Source: Candidatus Latescibacterota bacterium (GTDB lineage: Bacteria > Latescibacterota > UBA2968 > GCA-2709665). Taken from it: 64,000 bases of DNA. This document shows, piece after piece, positions 42,372-51,549 of this stretch (the first letter of the stretch is position 1; every line of letters begins with the position of its first letter). A model generated the notes under the pieces. It was not told the DNA's origin and searched no databases. It worked only from the letters and a program-made list of their open reading frames with translations. The position numbers and the translations under genes are program-made. The stretch spans positions 4,352,001 to 4,416,000 of the forward strand of contig OZ220733.1 of NCBI GenBank assembly GCA_965116875.1. The letters run 5' to 3'.

Positions 42372-42372
42372 A

Positions 42373-42771
42373 CTATACCTCCAGGTCGACAAGATTGACA
42401 CCAAGAGTACGTGCCAACCGGCCGAGTTTTCGGTCCAGCGTCAATAGAGGGGCGGCATGCCTCAATGCGCAATCCAGAAAGTACGCGTCGTAGGCGTAGA
42501 CGTTCTCCGCGGCCGCAATGGACATCACATTCGACATGTCGACGCTCACGTATTGAATCGGGATGTCATCCAGAATCTCCATTCCCCGCTGTGCATCCGA
42601 AACGCTTACACGACGCTGCCTGATCATAGCTGAGAAGGCATTTCCGATTTCCCATGGTATGGATCCGGGACCGATCAGAGCATGACCCGATGTGGCCTCA
42701 ATGATTGTATCTTTTTCAGGTTCTGCGACGATTACCGCGACAATTGCTGAAGAGTCGATCACAATGTTCAT
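42373..42771 (-). CDS. vapC: PIN-domain (VapC-family) toxin
   Basis: IVIDSSAIVAV, WEIGNA, YAYDAYFLDCA, LLTLD. Confidence 0.9.
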   Translation of the reverse strand: MNIVIDSSAIVAVIVAEPEKDTIIEATSGHALIGPGSIPWEIGNAFSAMIRQRRVSVSDAQRGMEILDDIPIQYVSVDMSNVMSIAAAENVYAYDAYFLDCALRHAAPLLTLDRKLGRLARTLGVNLVDLEV

Positions 42772-42793
42772 TCCCGCCCCCTCCGATAATAAT

Positions 42794-42823
42794 CAATTGT
42801 ACAATTGTCACAAGAATTGTCAA
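42794..42823 (-). promoter_or_regulatory. Sigma70-like promoter overlapped by palindromic operator
   Basis: Minus strand TTGACA-N16-TACAAT; perfect palindrome CAATTGTACAATTG at 42794-42807. Confidence 0.7.
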
Positions 42824-43353
42824 GTGCTGAATTGAGATTTGATGATCGCTGAGATTGGTGACGCAAGTACAACCGCTGAATACGAAACGGTTGCCGTCGT
42901 AGTCTGTCTGTATGTACGTCACCGAAAGTCGACGGGTACAGCGACGCCCTTCTGTCAAACGAAGTGAAGACAAGGACCTGCGTTTTCTATGGGAATGTCA
43001 ATGTGGCCAGACGATACCTCGAACGCGATCTTGACAGGGTGGAGCAGACATTCCTGTCCGCTCACAAGGGAACAACCGTGATCCGGTTTCCCGTGTCCGG
43101 AAATGCATCGTCGCACTTGCCGGCCATTGAGAGCTTTCACCAGTCGAATTCGCAGTGGAAGGACGATGAGACTGGCAGACACACCTGTTAAAAGCCGTCT
43201 CTTCCAACCGCCATCACGACATGATCCACCTGTAACCGGAGCGAGGGCAGGATGCCCTCGCTCCCGGGAACGCAAACCACACCACCGCGTGCTCATCGGC
43301 TGGACCGGACGATGTGTGCGCGTGTATTCCGTTTGAGCGTCTATCTGGAAACG

Positions 43354-43390
43354 AAAACACCCTGCTGATCGACTTTCAGCAGGGCGTTTC
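43354..43390 (-). terminator. Terminator downstream of tRNA-Glu
   Basis: CCCTGCTGA...TCAGCAGGG stem with T-rich tail on the minus strand. Confidence 0.65.
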
Positions 43391-43407
43391 TATGTGCGGT
43401 TTATTTA

Positions 43408-43483
43408 TGGTGACCCCGAGGGGAGTCGAACCCCCGTTTCCAGGGTGAGAACCTGGTGTCCTAGGCCACTGAACGACGGGGTC
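43408..43483 (-). tRNA. tRNA-Glu (CTC)
   Basis: GACCCCG acceptor stem, CCAGG-TT-CTC-AC-CCTGG anticodon arm, GTTCGACTC T-loop, encoded CCA. Confidence 0.95.
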
Positions 43484-43644
43484 ACCTTGTCAAATCGGGC
43501 GAAATCTACCCAAATCGGCCCATTTTGTCAAGGGATACCGGTTTTTCGCGGCGTCGCCTCGATGTACATTTCGAACCGAACCCTTCTGTGCCTTTTGTGC
43601 TTTTTTTGTGGCAAATAAAACGGCTTTGTCTTTTCGAAATGAGA

Positions 43645-44016
43645 TCAGTCTCTCGGCGGCACGGCGCACAGGAAACTCAGGGGCTCGTCCCCGGTATTTT
43701 CGAACTGGTGCTGCTCGTTCGGCGGAATGTACACGATGTCTCCCGGGCCGATTTCGTACATCTCCCATCCCATCAACAGGCGGGCGGTGCCCCTGAGGAC
43801 GTACACGCCGTGGTCGTGGTCGTGACGGTCGAAGGAAGTCTGTCCTCCGGGCGCGATCTCGTAGTACCGCATGCCGAAGTTGACGGCGCCGTCCCGCTTG
43901 CCGATGACGACCTGCCTGCTGCCGCCCACCGCGCCGCCCATGTCGTAGGTCTCGACTTCGACGCCTTCCCACGCGTAGTTGCCCTGTTCTCCCGTAAAGC
44001 GATGCAGAACGCCCAT
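43645..44016 (-). CDS. Cupin domain protein
   Basis: HDHDHGVYVLRG and GDIVYIPPNEQHQF cupin motifs. Confidence 0.88.
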   Translation of the reverse strand: MGVLHRFTGEQGNYAWEGVEVETYDMGGAVGGSRQVVIGKRDGAVNFGMRYYEIAPGGQTSFDRHDHDHGVYVLRGTARLLMGWEMYEIGPGDIVYIPPNEQHQFENTGDEPLSFLCAVPPRD

Positions 44017-44040
44017 GGAAGCCTCTCATGTAACCATAGC

Positions 44041-44090
44041 GCGACCCTTCGACCCTTCGACAAGCTCAGGGACCGCAATCTCAGTGAGCG
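44041..44090 (-). repeat. Two nested CTGAGC.TGTCGAAG hairpin units
   Basis: Reverse complement reads CACTGAGATTG[cggtCCCTGAGCTTGTCGAAGGG]TCGAAGGG. Confidence 0.75.
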
Positions 44091-44152
44091 GCTCGGGATC
44101 GGCGGACCAGGGATGCTGGATACCTGCCCTCGACGTCACTCAACCGGAACAT

Positions 44153-45232
44153 TTACATGAAGTTCCTGACGCCGCTGCCGTGGAGTTCGGAGATACGGGC
44201 GGCGGTCTCTTCGTCGAAGCCCACCTGGACCAGTTCCTGAATGCGCTTGTTGTGCATCGTACTGTAGAGGTCTCGCACGAGGCCGCGGCCCTTTTCGATC
44301 TGTTCGGGCGAGGACCCGCCGCCGGCGAGCGTCATCATCGCCTTCAGCACGAAGGGACTCGCGCCCGAAACCTGCTGCAGAAAGGCGGTTCGTTTCTCCG
44401 CCGCCTGTGCGAGCCGGCTGATGACTTCCGGTCGCTGCTGGACGTGGTACCCGATGTGCGAGAGGCCGTAGCCGACGTGACGGCCTTCGTCTTGCCGGGC
44501 GAGTTTGAAGACCCGGGCCGTGACGGGGTCCGGCGACACTTCCTCGAGAAACCTGAGTAACTCCATGAACGTGCCTTCCCCCAGCACGTGGAGAAGGAAC
44601 GACGCGTCCGTGAAGTCCTCCTGGGCGAGCAGGCTTTGAAGCGACCACTCCGTGGCCGAGGAGACGTACTGCAGCCCGCCGCCGTTGGCCAGCGCACGCT
44701 TGGTGAAGACTTCCACGTGCCTGGCCTCGTCCATCACCTGGCTGGAAAGAAACAGGATGACTTCGGAAAAACACGGGTCGATGCGCCCGATGAACTTCGC
44801 GGGCAGGTACAGGGCCAGGTATTCGTTCTGGATCATGAACGTACAGATCTGGCAGACCGCGCGTTCCAGATCTTCCTCGAGTTCCGGCAGGTCGCGCCAG
44901 GGGATATCCGTCGTGGCGTTCCATTGTCCCTGTTTGGCCTGTTCGACCAGTTCGGCGATATTCTCGGCCCAGACCTCGGTCTTCTGAACGATGCCGAAGT
45001 CGAATTTAGGGGTCTTTGGGTCCACGACCGAGCCCCGCTGCGCCAAACCGTGGTTGGGAGGCGCCCGGTCCGGAACGACGCCAGGACTGCCCACGAGACA
45101 GTCAGGAAGGAAAATGCCCCGGTCGTCGCGCGGCGGCACCCTGATGCCCCAGTCGGGGTCGCCCCAGGCGGAGGTATCCGGGAGATTTGGGTCCACGATT
45201 CGATGCTCCTCTTTTGTACTATCGTGCTTCAA
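44153..45232 (-). CDS. Ferritin-like diiron-carboxylate protein
   Basis: QNE...DEARH...GE...DEGRH ligand pattern. Confidence 0.8.
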   Translation of the reverse strand: MKHDSTKEEHRIVDPNLPDTSAWGDPDWGIRVPPRDDRGIFLPDCLVGSPGVVPDRAPPNHGLAQRGSVVDPKTPKFDFGIVQKTEVWAENIAELVEQAKQGQWNATTDIPWRDLPELEEDLERAVCQICTFMIQNEYLALYLPAKFIGRIDPCFSEVILFLSSQVMDEARHVEVFTKRALANGGGLQYVSSATEWSLQSLLAQEDFTDASFLLHVLGEGTFMELLRFLEEVSPDPVTARVFKLARQDEGRHVGYGLSHIGYHVQQRPEVISRLAQAAEKRTAFLQQVSGASPFVLKAMMTLAGGGSSPEQIEKGRGLVRDLYSTMHNKRIQELVQVGFDEETAARISELHGSGVRNFM

Positions 45233-45238
45233 CGGGAT

Positions 45239-46405
45239 TTATCGCCCGTTGTTGAGAACCAGCTTGACGAAGTCGCCGAAGTCGGTCGTGTCGAAGGTCC
45301 TGAACGAAGTCAACATCGATGGCGTCCACTCGTCGTGCCAGATCCAGGCGGTCCATCCAATATTCCGGGTCTTGCAGAAGTCGACCAGGGGCATGGCGTA
45401 TTCCCGCCTGGTTCTCTCGGGATCTTCCGAATGACCGTAGCCCCATTCGCCCAGGAAGACCGCATCGGTTTTATCCAGATTGAAGAGTACGCCCTTCCAC
45501 GCTTCGCCCTTCCAGGGGTACGGATGCGTCTCGTACACGACGTTGGGCCGGTCCACGGGATCGTCCAGGGCGCCGCTGAGGTCGTATCCCCAGTCGATGC
45601 CGGAAACCAGGACGAGCGCGCGGGGATCCACGGCGTGGATGACGTCGACAAGTGACTCGGCGACCGGGCGCCATTCTTCCCAGGTGATAAACGCGGGTTC
45701 GTTGAACGTGCCGTATATGACATGCGGCAGGTCGCTGTACCTTCGGACGATTGCGTCCAGCCCCTCGATCGCCAGTGACAGGTCGGGGTTGTACGGATTG
45801 CCTCGCCACGGGTGTCGATACCCCCAATCGGGGTGTTCCGTCTGCCCGGTGAGCGGGTTCCCGTGCGCGTGCCAGCCAAGAAAGACGTAGACGCCGCGCC
45901 GCTGCCCCCAGTCGACGATCGGGTCCACGAACGCGGGCAGATAGTCCCGGTACCGTTGCCAGAGGTCGGGGTGAATGGGCACGCGGATGACGTTCACGTT
46001 CCACTCGTCCGCCAGAATGTCAAGGGCCTCCGTCCCGTTGCGGCGGGCGGCGTGAAGAAAGTACGGGTCGATGACGGCAACGCCCCGCAGCACCACGTCC
46101 ACGTTCTGCCCGAATGCGTCCGCAAAGGCCAGAAAGTCGGCGAAGTCGACGTCGCCGCTGTCGTCGAGGTCGTATTCAGCCTGGCTTGTGCCGAAGGCTT
46201 CCGAAAACAGAAGAAAGTCCGAAAGGTCCACCCGCCCGCCGCCGTCGAAGTCCGCATCGGCTGCCTTCGCGCTGACGATTCTGTGTCCGTCCACCCGCAG
46301 TCTCGAAAGGCTTTCGGCGGCCCCCACAAGGGTTGCCGGAAACGACAGGGCCAGGATCAGAATGGAAACGACGATGCTTCTGGATTTCCGGACTTTCATG
46401 GACAT
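45239..46405 (-). CDS. Glycoside hydrolase family 5 with N-terminal dockerin-like domain
   Basis: Signal peptide; ADFDGGGRVDLSDFLLF; NVIRVP, FNEP, ETHPY, GEWG. Confidence 0.88.
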   Translation of the reverse strand: MSMKVRKSRSIVVSILILALSFPATLVGAAESLSRLRVDGHRIVSAKAADADFDGGGRVDLSDFLLFSEAFGTSQAEYDLDDSGDVDFADFLAFADAFGQNVDVVLRGVAVIDPYFLHAARRNGTEALDILADEWNVNVIRVPIHPDLWQRYRDYLPAFVDPIVDWGQRRGVYVFLGWHAHGNPLTGQTEHPDWGYRHPWRGNPYNPDLSLAIEGLDAIVRRYSDLPHVIYGTFNEPAFITWEEWRPVAESLVDVIHAVDPRALVLVSGIDWGYDLSGALDDPVDRPNVVYETHPYPWKGEAWKGVLFNLDKTDAVFLGEWGYGHSEDPERTRREYAMPLVDFCKTRNIGWTAWIWHDEWTPSMLTSFRTFDTTDFGDFVKLVLNNGR

Positions 46406-46448
46406 TCCGGGTTCGCTCGCGAGTCAATTTCGTCACTCGTTCGCAAAG

Positions 46449-46985
46449 ACTGTCATCCAGAGGAGGCCTGCGCGCGACGTCGCCGAAACACATCCGGTCC
46501 ACGTGAGAACAGCCTGCCATGCAGCGCAGGCCGACGAAGGATCTACTGCAGCATCGGTTCATCATCACGCGGTTTGCACGTTGCGACACCGACGAGGCAG
46601 CACGTCCGCCAAGACTGTCATCCAGAGAAGGCCGAAAAGCAGGCGATGGGTCCGCGCACAAGTTCGTCTGCGAAGGGCATGTACTCCACGTCCAATCGAG
46701 AAGACGGGAGATTCTTCGCTCCGCTCTGAATGACATGACTTTCAATTGCCATTAGTAAATCGCTTCCTTCAAGTGTTCGCCTGGACTGTTGTGCTGAGAA
46801 GGCAGGCGCGCTCAGAATGACATGTTGGCCGATAGCCAGGCGCGTTGCTTCCCACTGTCATCCAGAGGAGGCCCCCCAGGCCGACGAAGGATCTAATGCG
46901 GCATGGTATTGTCCCAGCGCGATTTGTACGTGGCGATACCTGAGAGGCAGCACGTTCGCTTCCTGCTACGACTCCGCTCAATGAG
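46449..46985. repeat. Left REP-like array flanking GIY-YIG gene
   Basis: ACTGTCATCCAGAG at 46449, 46614, 46854; inverted CTC(T/A)GAATGACA at 46724, 46811. Confidence 0.85.
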
Positions 46986-47039
46986 ACGAAGTTCGAACAA
47001 TACAAGCGTGGGCATATCTGACAATTATCCGCAAACCAC

Positions 47040-47321
47040 CTACCAATCTATGGAAAGGTCTCCCATGGCCGGATTGGCACGATTTATCAATTCGAGTTTT
47101 TTCTGTCGACTCCAACCCTTCAGTTCCTTCTCTCTCGAAATTGCTCGGTGTATGTCAGATGTTGTTTCAAAGTACACCAGCCTATTCATCCGGTACTTGC
47201 TTGTGAACCCTGCAGAGAGCGTGTGTCTGTGTTCATAAACTCGTCGTTTGAGATCGTTGGTTACACCAATATATAACGTTCCACTCCGATTTGTCATGAT
47301 GTAGACGAAGTATTGGTTCAT
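47040..47321 (-). CDS. Stand-alone GIY-YIG nuclease family protein
   Basis: YFVYIM...LYIGVTNDLKRRVYEH...FTSKY...AISREKELKGWSR.KK. Confidence 0.92.
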   Translation of the reverse strand: MNQYFVYIMTNRSGTLYIGVTNDLKRRVYEHRHTLSAGFTSKYRMNRLVYFETTSDIHRAISREKELKGWSRQKKLELINRANPAMGDLSIDW

Positions 47322-47364
47322 CGAATGTTAGAATTATGGGATTGAACGACGGTGCGCCCACCAC

Positions 47365-48031
47365 ACATCCGCCGAGATTGCCATGTTGAGAAAGCCGCCA
47401 GGCAGGCGAAGCGTCCGCGCACAAGTTCATCCGCCAAAGGTCTGCGGGACACGTACTGCCCGGAAGACGGGAGATTCTTCGCTGCGCACTGAATGACATG
47501 TCCTGCAATGACCATCGGCGAAATGTATCCTTCACACATCGGCGCGTACAGTTATGCAGCAAAGGCCTGCGCGCTCAGAATGACATGTTTTGCAATAACT
47601 ATTGGCGAAATGTAACGGCCAAACCTTCGCCGATACTGTCATCCAGAGGACTTGCACTGAGCATGTCGAAGTGCCCTTCACGCTCTGAATGACACGTTGG
47701 CCCATAGCCAGGCGTGTTGCTTCCCACTGTCATCCAGAGGACTTGCACTGAGCTTGTGGTCCCTGAGCCGTTGTCCTGCTTGTGCTGAGCCTGTCGAAGC
47801 AAGCCTGCCGAAGGATTGTCGAAGGGTCGAAGTGGCATGCGCGCGACGTCGGCGAAACACATCCGTTACACGTGAGAGCAGACTACCTTGCAGAGCAGGC
47901 CGACGAAGGATCTACTGCAGCATCGGTTCGTCCCTGAGAGAATTTCACGTGGCGACACCTCAGAGGCGGCACAAACACGTCCTTCGCAGAATGGAAGTGA
48001 CGGGAGGTTCTTCGCCGCGGCCAGAATGACA
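47365..48031. repeat. Right REP-like array flanking GIY-YIG gene
   Basis: ACTGTCATCCAGAG at 47635, 47726; GAATGACA ends at ~47487, 47574, 47683, 48020; 47365-47500 homologous to 46601-46737. Confidence 0.85.
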
Positions 48032-48278
48032 GGCTGCTCTTAATCATGCCAGCGCGACCTCTCTGCGAAAGATAGGAACAAAGCCGGCGTCGAGCAAGGC
48101 CGAAGGGTGAATTGCGTCGCTGATGCGTCGACATACGGGTCCCGAAATGTGACGGTCGAGTCACGGAAATATCTTGTAAGCCCCGTCGGTTGGCGTTATA
48201 TTTGAAGCTTTTGTGCGGACCTGCGCAAAGACCGCTCTGTCTGTCCGGCGCAGCCATGACGGAAACGGAGACTGCTTG

Positions 48279-49265
48279 ATGCTGAAATATATCGCATGGC
48301 GAATCCTGATGATGATTCCCACGCTCTTCGCCATTTCGATCGTGTCGTTCCTGATCATCCAGCTTCCGCCCGGAGACTTCCTCACGTCGTACCTGGCGCA
48401 ACTCACGTCGATGGGGGAAACGGTGAGCGAGGAAGTCATCGAGGCGCTCCGCGCGCGCTACGGGCTGGGCAGTCCGGTCTACGTCCAGTACTGGACGTGG
48501 ATAACGGGCATCGTCACCCAGGGCGATTTCGGGATGTCCCTGCTGTGGGGCAGGCCGGTGAGCGAGCTGTTGTGGGAGCGGGTCAGCCTCACGGTGATGG
48601 TGAGCGCGAGTTCGGTGCTCTTCATCTGGGTGGTCGCGATACCCATCGGCATCTATTCCGCGGTGCGGCAATATTCCATTGGCGACTACATCTTCACGTT
48701 CCTGGGTTTCCTCGGGCTGGCCACGCCGCCGTTCATGCTGGCCCTGATCGCGCTGTGGATCGTCTTCGTGTCCACCGGCAGCGTACTGGTGGGGCTCTTC
48801 TCACCGGAATACATCGACGCGTCCTGGTCGTTCGGCAAGGCGTTGGACCTGCTTGCGCACCTGTGGATTCCGATGGTGATTCTGGGCACCGCGGGGACGG
48901 CCGGAACAATCCGCGTGATCCGCGCCCAGATGCTGGATGAATTGCACAAACCCTATGTGGTCACCGCCAGGGCGAAAGGCGTTTCGGAACTGAAGCTTCT
49001 CTTCAAATACCCGGTGAGGATCGCCCTGAATCCCTTCTTCAGCACCCTGGGCTGGCTGCTGCCCCGGCTGATCGCCGGTGAGATCCTGGTGTCCATCGTG
49101 CTGAATCTGCCCACCACCGGGCCGCTTCTGCTGGGCGCACTCACCAATCAGGATATGTACCTGGCCGGGAGCTTCATGCTGATCCTGAGTACATTGACCG
49201 TGATCGGGACGCTGATTTCGGATATTCTGCTCGCCTGGGTGGATCCGAGAATCCGCTACTCATAG
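48279..49265 (+). CDS. ABC transporter permease (DppB/OppB family)
   Basis: LPPGD, GDFG.S, YVVTARAKG, QDMYL. Confidence 0.92.
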   Translation: MLKYIAWRILMMIPTLFAISIVSFLIIQLPPGDFLTSYLAQLTSMGETVSEEVIEALRARYGLGSPVYVQYWTWITGIVTQGDFGMSLLWGRPVSELLWERVSLTVMVSASSVLFIWVVAIPIGIYSAVRQYSIGDYIFTFLGFLGLATPPFMLALIALWIVFVSTGSVLVGLFSPEYIDASWSFGKALDLLAHLWIPMVILGTAGTAGTIRVIRAQMLDELHKPYVVTARAKGVSELKLLFKYPVRIALNPFFSTLGWLLPRLIAGEILVSIVLNLPTTGPLLLGALTNQDMYLAGSFMLILSTLTVIGTLISDILLAWVDPRIRYS

Positions 49266-49371
49266 ACATCCGGTAATCCGGTAGAATGAACAGGAGTCGA
49301 TTAAGATCGCTACGGAACCGCAGGACAGAACACGCTCGGAGAATCCGCTACCGCGGAAGTCGATAAGGGAT

Positions 49372-50538
49372 GTGGTCGGGAAGCTGCGTAAGAACGGATT
49401 CCCCGGATTTCGTCGTCGCCGGCAGGGCCCGCGATCCGGCGAGGAGTCCGGGGCGAAGGTGCTTGTGGCTTCCCAGTGGCGGCTGATGTGGTGGAAGTTC
49501 CGGAAGCATCAGCTGGCGAAGATCGCCGGCGCGGTCCTGATTCTCTTTTATCTGGTGGCTGGATTCTGCGAGTTCGTGGCGCCGCACGATCCGCACCGCC
49601 TGAATACGAAATATATCCATGCGCCTCCACAAAAGGTCCGATTCTTCGACGCCGCGGGGGCTGTTCATTTCTGGCCCTTCGTGTACCGGCACGTACAGCA
49701 GCGCGACCCCGTCACGCTCCGGCTCTCGTATCACGAAGACCACTCCGAACGTTTCCCGATACGGTTCTTCGTCCAGGGTGATCCATATACGTTGTGGGGG
49801 TGGATCCCCATGCAGCGCCACCTGATCGGTCTCGACAACGGGGAGCGCCTGTTCCTGCTGGGGGCGGACCGGATGGGCAGGGACCTGCTTTCGCGAATCG
49901 CTTACGGGGCGCGGATCTCCCTGTCGATCGGTCTGATCGGCATTGCCATCAGTTTCGTGCTGGGACTGATCATGGGCGGCATCTCCGGCTATTTCGGAGG
50001 GAGAATCGACGACGTGATCCAGCGGCTGATCGAGTTCATCATGGGCATTCCGGGCCTGCCGCTCTGGATGACGCTCAGCGCGGCGCTGCCGCCCGACTGG
50101 CCGATCATCCGCGTCTATTTCGGTATTACGATCATCCTGGCATTTGTGGGTTGGACCGGGCTGGCGCGGGTCGTGCGCGGTCGGTTTCTGGCGTTGAGGG
50201 AAGAGGACTTCGTGATGGCCGCGCGCCTGGGCGGCGCCCGCGAGAGCCGGATCATCGCCAAACACATGGTGCCTTCGTTCCTGAGTTATATCATCGCCGC
50301 GCTCACGCTGGCGGTGCCGCAGATGATCCTGGGCGAGACGGCGCTGAGCTTCATCGGGCTGGGGTTGCGTTCGCCGGCCATCAGCTGGGGGGTGCTGTTG
50401 CAGGACGCGATGAATATCCGCGCGGTGGCGCATTTCCCCTGGCTGCTGCTGCCGGGCGCGTTCGTCATCGTCGCGGTGCTGGCATTCAACTTTCTGGGGG
50501 ACGGGCTGAGAGACGCGGCCGACCCGTACTCCAGGTAG
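49372..50538 (+). CDS. ABC transporter permease (DppC/OppC family)
   Basis: LLGADRMGRDLLSR, FVMAARLGG, FNFLGDGLRDAADP; exact start uncertain. Confidence 0.92.
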   Translation: MVGKLRKNGFPGFRRRRQGPRSGEESGAKVLVASQWRLMWWKFRKHQLAKIAGAVLILFYLVAGFCEFVAPHDPHRLNTKYIHAPPQKVRFFDAAGAVHFWPFVYRHVQQRDPVTLRLSYHEDHSERFPIRFFVQGDPYTLWGWIPMQRHLIGLDNGERLFLLGADRMGRDLLSRIAYGARISLSIGLIGIAISFVLGLIMGGISGYFGGRIDDVIQRLIEFIMGIPGLPLWMTLSAALPPDWPIIRVYFGITIILAFVGWTGLARVVRGRFLALREEDFVMAARLGGARESRIIAKHMVPSFLSYIIAALTLAVPQMILGETALSFIGLGLRSPAISWGVLLQDAMNIRAVAHFPWLLLPGAFVIVAVLAFNFLGDGLRDAADPYSR

Positions 50539-50547
50539 AAGGGATTT

Positions 50548-51549
50548 ATGGATCCATCGGTTCTGCTCGACGTCCGCCATTTGCGCGCACACTTCTTCTC
50601 CGACGAAGGTACAGTGCGGGCCGTGGACGGCGTGGATTTCCGGATCATGAAGGGAGAGACGCTGGGCGTGGTGGGAGAAAGCGGCTGCGGCAAGAGCGTG
50701 ACCGCCCAGGCCATTCTCCAGATTCTGCCCAAAAACGGGCGGATCGTCTCGGGTGAAGTGCTGCTGCAAGCCAACGGGAAGGTCGTCGACCTGGCGAAGC
50801 TGAGGCCGAACGGCAGGGAGATCCGGAATATCCGCGGCAAGGAAATCGCCATGATGTTCCAGGAGCCCATGACCTGCCTGAGTCCGGTCCATACCATCGG
50901 GAACCAGATCGAGGAGGCCATCCGGCTGCATCGGAGCGCGGACCGGAAGGAAGCGCGTGAAATCGCCGTCGACATGCTGCGCAAGTGCGGAATCCCGGAG
51001 CCGGAGCGGCGGGTGGACGCCTACCCCCATCAGTTGAGCGGTGGCATGCGGCAGCGGGCGATGATCGCAATGAGTCTGTCCTGCCGGCCGCGTCTGCTGA
51101 TCGCCGACGAGCCCACCACGGCGCTGGACGTGACCACGCAGGCGCAGATTCTGGATCTGCTGAAGGCGCTGCAGGAGGAAATCCATACCTCCATTATGAT
51201 GATTACGCACAATCTCGGTGTGGTGGCGGAACTGGCAGACCACGCGATGGTGATGTACCTGGGCAGGGTCGCCGAGTTCGCCCGGTGCGAGACCATATTC
51301 GACGATCCAAAACATCCGTATACCCGCGCCCTGCTGAAATCCATCCCCAGGCTGGGACGCAAGGCGAAGGAAGGACTGCTGTCCATCGAAGGATCGGTGC
51401 CGAATCCGTACGAGTTGCCCAGGGGATGCATGTTTCATCCGCGTTGCCCGGACCGGATCGACGGCGTCTGCGATCGGTACGAGCCGGAGTTGACAATGAT
51501 CGGTTCCGAGCACGGCGTGAGTTGTTTCCTGTATTCCGACCCGAACTGA
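50548..51549 (+). CDS. ABC transporter ATP-binding protein (DppD/OppD family)
   Basis: [28 protein letters not shown]. Confidence 0.95.
   Translation: MDPSVLLDVRHLRAHFFSDEGTVRAVDGVDFRIMKGETLGVVGESGCGKSVTAQAILQILPKNGRIVSGEVLLQANGKVVDLAKLRPNGREIRNIRGKEIAMMFQEPMTCLSPVHTIGNQIEEAIRLHRSADRKEAREIAVDMLRKCGIPEPERRVDAYPHQLSGGMRQRAMIAMSLSCRPRLLIADEPTTALDVTTQAQILDLLKALQEEIHTSIMMITHNLGVVAELADHAMVMYLGRVAEFARCETIFDDPKHPYTRALLKSIPRLGRKAKEGLLSIEGSVPNPYELPRGCMFHPRCPDRIDGVCDRYEPELTMIGSEHGVSCFLYSDPN

Noticed and set aside
43583-43612. CTTCTGTGCCTTTTGTGCTTTTTTTGTGGC short tandem motif, and GACAGGATAAACAGGAT at ~51558
   Set aside because: They resemble other dispersed intergenic repeat families, but each is single-copy here so nothing further can be supported
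46449-48031. CRISPR array
   Set aside because: Repeats are unevenly spaced, occur in both orientations, the intervening sequences are themselves repeated, and no cas genes are present
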